From assembly GCA_043228905.1 (NCBI GenBank), contig JBHGNT010000974.1, positions 1 to 13,267 of the forward strand: DNA of 13,267 nt, in the 5' to 3' direction. A program made the position numbers and the translations under genes. This document shows, piece by piece, positions 9,809-13,267 of this stretch. Every line of letters begins with the position of its first letter. Position 1 is the stretch's first letter. The notes under the pieces were generated by a model that saw only the letters and a program-made list of their open reading frames with translations, did not search any database and was not told the DNA's origin. Origin of the DNA: Azolla caroliniana. Taxonomy: Eukaryota; Plantae; Polypodiophyta.

Positions 9809-9835
9809 TACATACATACATACATACATACATAC
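9809..9835. repeat. (TACA)6+ microsatellite
   Basis: Read directly from the sequence. Confidence 0.9.
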
Positions 9836-9921
9836 TCTCAGGAACTAATAATAGTCTGAAGATGACGACTGCCCATAGCTTTGAGCTTACGCTCTATAGC
9901 AATGGCAGAGACAGAGAGAGC

Positions 9922-9957
9922 GAAGAAGAAGAAGAAGAAGAAGAAGAAGAAGAAGAA
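9922..9957. repeat. (GAA)12 microsatellite; a second (GAA)6 lies at 10035-10052
   Basis: Read directly from the sequence. Confidence 0.95.
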
Positions 9958-10104
9958 GGACCCGTATAAAAGGATATCAGAGAGAGACCCAATTTCGGTA
10001 AGTGACCCTAAAACCCTAATCAAGACGTAGACTAGAAGAAGAAGAAGAAGAAACCCTAAAAGAAGGATATCAAAGATAGACCCAAATAAGGTAAAGGGCT
10101 CTAA

Positions 10105-10360
10105 AATTCCAATAAAGTACATTACATTCTGGTAGAACCCTAATCAAAGCTGTTATACTATTGTAAAACCTTAACCAACAGTATTGTATTCTACTAAAAC
10201 CCTGATCAACAGTATTATTTTCTTGTATAACTCTAAGCAAGAGTATCATATTCTGGGGGGACCCTGATTAAGCGTATTATATTCTGGTAAACCCCTATCG
10301 AGGATATTATTTTCTTGTCAAAACCCTAATCAAAGTAAATATTCTAGTAAGACCTCAATC
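10105..10360. repeat. 31-bp degenerate minisatellite, ~8 copies, consensus about AACCCTAATCAANAGTATTATATTCTGGTAA (telo-box-like core)
   Basis: Unit starts at 10105, 10136, 10167, 10198, 10229, 10260, 10291 and 10322, an exact 31-bp spacing. Confidence 0.85.
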
Positions 10361-10772
10361 CCAATGCTCTAAAGTTATTTCAGATATCCAAATTTATAGT
10401 GGGTACAAAACCCTAGTGAGAGAATGCAGAAACCCTAGGTTCATCTCAGAGAATTATATTTTAGTAAGTGTGCATTTTTTATGAGTCCTAACTCTACCAA
10501 ATTTTAGGGAATCCGTAATTCATCAAAGGTTTTAGATTTGATTGAAATCCGAAATTTATCAAAGGGTAGGGATTCTAAACTAAACTCTAATTATTTAATT
10601 TTTCTAAACCCTAAATTTAACATCGAACCAAAGTTTTGTAAGTGGGCCTTAAATCAGTTCTTCATAGCTTTGAGATTTTGGACTCGATTGATTGATTCAT
10701 TCCATTGAAAGCCTACTTTGCTCCGAACTCATTGATCTTCAAATTGCAATCTTAAGAAACTCTTATATTTTG

Positions 10773-11122
10773 ATGGACGCCAAAAACAACTCTACCAATG
10801 AAAAAACCTTTGATTTCCATGGCCAACATATGACAAAAGACCTTAACTCCATCCATAGTCGCTCTGAAATGAGCATGAGAAGAGTGACTTCCCCAATGCT
10901 GAAACCCCTTCTCAGTTATATCTCGACGGAGTCCCGGGTTCTTTTCTTGTATGGTAGGGTTCATGCGGCGTCCGCTTTGGTTCAGATTCTCTATGCAGTT
11001 TTTGGGATCTTGGCACGTGCTGCCCTCTCGAATGGCTCTGCAAGTAGTCGAGCTATCTTCCTCGTGTACCGGAATGTCATCGCGGCTGTCTTTGTCGCAC
11101 CTTTGGCCTTCATCCTAGAAAG
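10773..11122 (+). CDS. WAT1-related exon 1 (start uncertain; conserved part from about 10958: VHAASALVQILYAVFGILARAALSNGSASSRAIFLVYRNVIAAVFVAPLAFILER)
   Basis: In-frame ATG at 10773 with further in-frame ATGs downstream; AG|GTGAGG donor at 11123. Confidence 0.8.
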
Positions 11123-13267
11123 GTGAGGGTTCTACCTGATTTCTGATGATTATGCATGATGTCAGTTAGTAATGTATGGTTTGCTTGGCTAAAAGAACCA
11201 GACATTAGTAATTTAGGGCTTTTATGGGGCTGCCTTGGTCATGCCTCATTCATTCATTCATTCATTCTTTCTTTCTTGAAAAGCAACTTCTATGTAAGTC
11301 CTTTAATAGTTTAAGTGGTTGGATTTTTTTATTTTTGAGGGGTAATGGTTTTAGAGGTTTAGGATTTAAAATTCTAGGTTTCTAGGGTTTCAGTAATGTT
11401 TTCTTTATTGTGTCACCATCATTCTCGAAGGTGTAAGGTCCTCATCAGAAGACCTTGTGTTAATTTCACATAATGTGCTGGGAATGTATGATTAACTGCA
11501 TAAACATAGAACGGCTTCAGGTTTAGGATTGTATATAAGGGTTTTGGTGGTTAAGGTCTTATAAGAGTTTTTAGTGGTGGTTTTAACAAAAAATTACAGA
11601 ATTCATGGAATTGGGGATATGTATTTGCTTGATGTACGTAAGTTTCTCCTACTAATGTAAAGCTATAATGGCAGGATCTATGAGATCAGAGTATGTTTCA
11701 GCTTCATCTATTCAATGTTTTACTGATGTTGTAAGATCTAAGTACAGAACACTGAATTCTGAATAAAAAATGATCTAAGATTCTTCTTTATCATTTTTCC
11801 TTGCCAGGAACGCCCGTCCTACGTTGACCTTTACTAAACTCTCGCAGTTTTTTGTTACCGGCTTAATTGGGTAACTCCTCCAGCCTAACTAGCTTCTTTT
11901 GTGAACATTTTGTACACAATTGGACCTTGTATGAAGATTTGATTGTATTCGTTGCTGTGTGGAATTTCTTCTTTTCAGAATCTGCAGCAACCAGATGCTT
12001 TTTGTTACAGGACTAACCTATACCTCGGCAACATTCACGGCTACCATGCAAAACCTGACGCCTGCATTGACATTTGCATTAGCTTCATTACTCAGGTGCA
12101 TATTGATAATGTCAAAAATGCTCTGTAATTGATACAAGAAAATATGTGTTAAAAAAGTCTACACAAAACTTGATGGGAGTGCAAAATCGATGTGATATGG
12201 CTTCCTCGAACTTTGACTAAGATAATCATGAATGAAGATAGAAGCGAACAATAGAGTTGCCGTACTATTTCAATATAACCTCTTAAAATAGTGAAGATTT
12301 TAAGCAATCGCTGTTGAAATTTGACCTTTTGATCGCTAAAGCAACTTAATACCACCATGAACCCTGTGTTTGCTGTTTTTTGGGTAAAAATTTGTGTGTT
12401 TAGGATAGAGACAAAATGCTTGCATGTAGATTCATTCTTCAAGCTTGTTTTTATCTTTACATGGGTTTGAACTGTTTCTTGGAAAGAGGCCTTCATATTG
12501 TCAGTAAAAAGCATTGTTTTCTTGACCTTTTTACCTTTGTGTCTTTAGGATAGAGAAAATAAGGCTTAAAACAAGAGAAGGGAAAGCAAAGGTATTGGGG
12601 ATGATCATAGCTGTTAGTGGAGCTATGGTGATCGGATTATACAAAGATCCGTCACTACTCACAGTTGGAGGATCGTTTGTTCAAAGGTTAGTAATGTTGG
12701 GGTCTTCTTCGAATGCATCATCGAAATGGGGGGTTCTCTGTCTTCTTGGAAATTGTTTAACATGGGCCATATGGTTCATCATACAGGTATAGTACTTGAA
12801 GAAAAGCTCGGTTTGTGTAATGTCATGGAACTATGGCCAAATTCATCAAAAAGATCTAATGTTTTTTCTTTTTCCTTGTGACTTCCACCCTCGATAGAAG
12901 CCAGTTCTGAAAGATTATCCCGCACAACTATCGGTGACAGCATTTACGTATGTATTTGGAAGTATCCAGCTTGCATCGATAGCAATATGTGTGGAAAGAA
13001 CACCTAGCGTATGGGCTTCAACGTTTTTTTCGGACTTCTCGGCCATTTTATACGGGGTTTGTTTTTTTTTTCTTTTGCTTTGGAGTTTTCATATGGCTTT
13101 TCCATATTTCGTTAACGTAAACAAACATTAATGTTGGAGTAGCGATGATGATGAATTGATGATGTTGTGCATGTAGGGGCTATTCGCATCTAGCGTGGCT
13201 ATGACTCTCCAAGCATGGTGTGCTTATGAAGGGGGACCAATACTCGTTGCGGCATATCAACCTCTCC
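10773..13267 (+). CDS. WAT1-related / nodulin MtN21 / UMAMIT EamA-family transporter, spliced, 3' end outside the window
   Basis: Exons (10773 or 10958)-11122, 11808-11870, 11979-12095, 12549-12786, 12898-13056, 13177->13267, all GT-AG and in frame. Motifs VYRNVIAA..APLAF.LER, RPTLT, NQ..F..GL.YTSATF...NLTPA.TF, IEKI......KAKVLG, YPAQLS, LQAWC...GGP..VA.YQPL. Confidence 0.93.
11246..11276. repeat. (CATT)n/(CTTT)n microsatellite in WAT1-related intron 1
   Basis: Read directly from the sequence. Confidence 0.8.
11808..11870 (+). CDS. WAT1-related exon 2 (RNARPTLTFTKLSQFFVTGLIG)
   Basis: 63-nt exon typical of the family; polypyrimidine tract and CAG acceptor, GTAACT donor. Confidence 0.92.
11979..12095 (+). 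CDS. WAT1-related exon 3 (GICSNQMLFVTGLTYTSATFTATMQNLTPALTFALASLLR)
   Basis: 117-nt exon, TTTTCAG acceptor, GTGCAT donor. Confidence 0.93.
12549..12786 (+). CDS. WAT1-related exon 4 (RIEKIRLKTREGKAKVLG...WAIWFIIQ)
   Basis: 238-nt exon, TTTAG acceptor, CAG|GTATAG donor. Confidence 0.93.
12898..13056 (+). CDS. WAT1-related exon 5 (KPVLKDYPAQLSVTAFTYVFGSIQ...AILYG)
   Basis: 159-nt exon, TAG acceptor within a TAGAAG tandem acceptor, GTTTGT donor. Confidence 0.92.
13177..13267 (+). CDS. WAT1-related exon 6, partial (GLFASSVAMTLQAWCAYEGGPILVAAYQPL...)
   Basis: TAG acceptor at 13174-13176; GP..VA.YQP motif; truncated by the window edge. Confidence 0.92.

Noticed and set aside
9241-10122. ORFs with DGHELES repeats, poly-E or poly-F
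   Set aside because: Translations of tandem repeats; the frames shift between repeat units.
562-13267. NERD nuclease plus EamA transporter as a functional, operon-like or recently transferred system
   Set aside because: Both genes are intron-rich members of plant families, divergently transcribed, and one appears disrupted. Adjacency alone gives no evidence of linkage; conserved synteny with co-expression would be needed.

Overview
AT-rich eukaryotic DNA, very likely land-plant nuclear DNA, with GT-AG introns, microsatellites and decayed retroelements. Two spliced genes are arranged head-to-head. (1) On the minus strand (562-7522) is a 7-exon gene for a NERD (nuclease-related, PD-(D/E)xK-type) domain protein resembling the plant At1g65020 family. 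Its splice sites are intact, but it carries an in-frame TAG at an expected Trp (3552-3554) and a 1-nt deficit at an A5 run (1990-1994), so it looks like a young pseudogene or null allele, or contains assembly errors. Its 3.5-kb first intron holds probable L1-type LINE and Ty1/copia remnants. (2) On the plus strand (about 10773 to beyond 13267) is a WAT1-related/MtN21/UMAMIT EamA transporter gene with the canonical exon pattern, running off the window in exon 6; its start is ambiguous. Between the genes lie a nested 24-bp/~95-bp tandem repeat with tRNA T-arm/B-box-like motifs, a strictly 31-bp-phased telo-box minisatellite and several microsatellites. I found no convincing evidence of a new multi-gene system; family assignments come from recalled motifs, not database searches.
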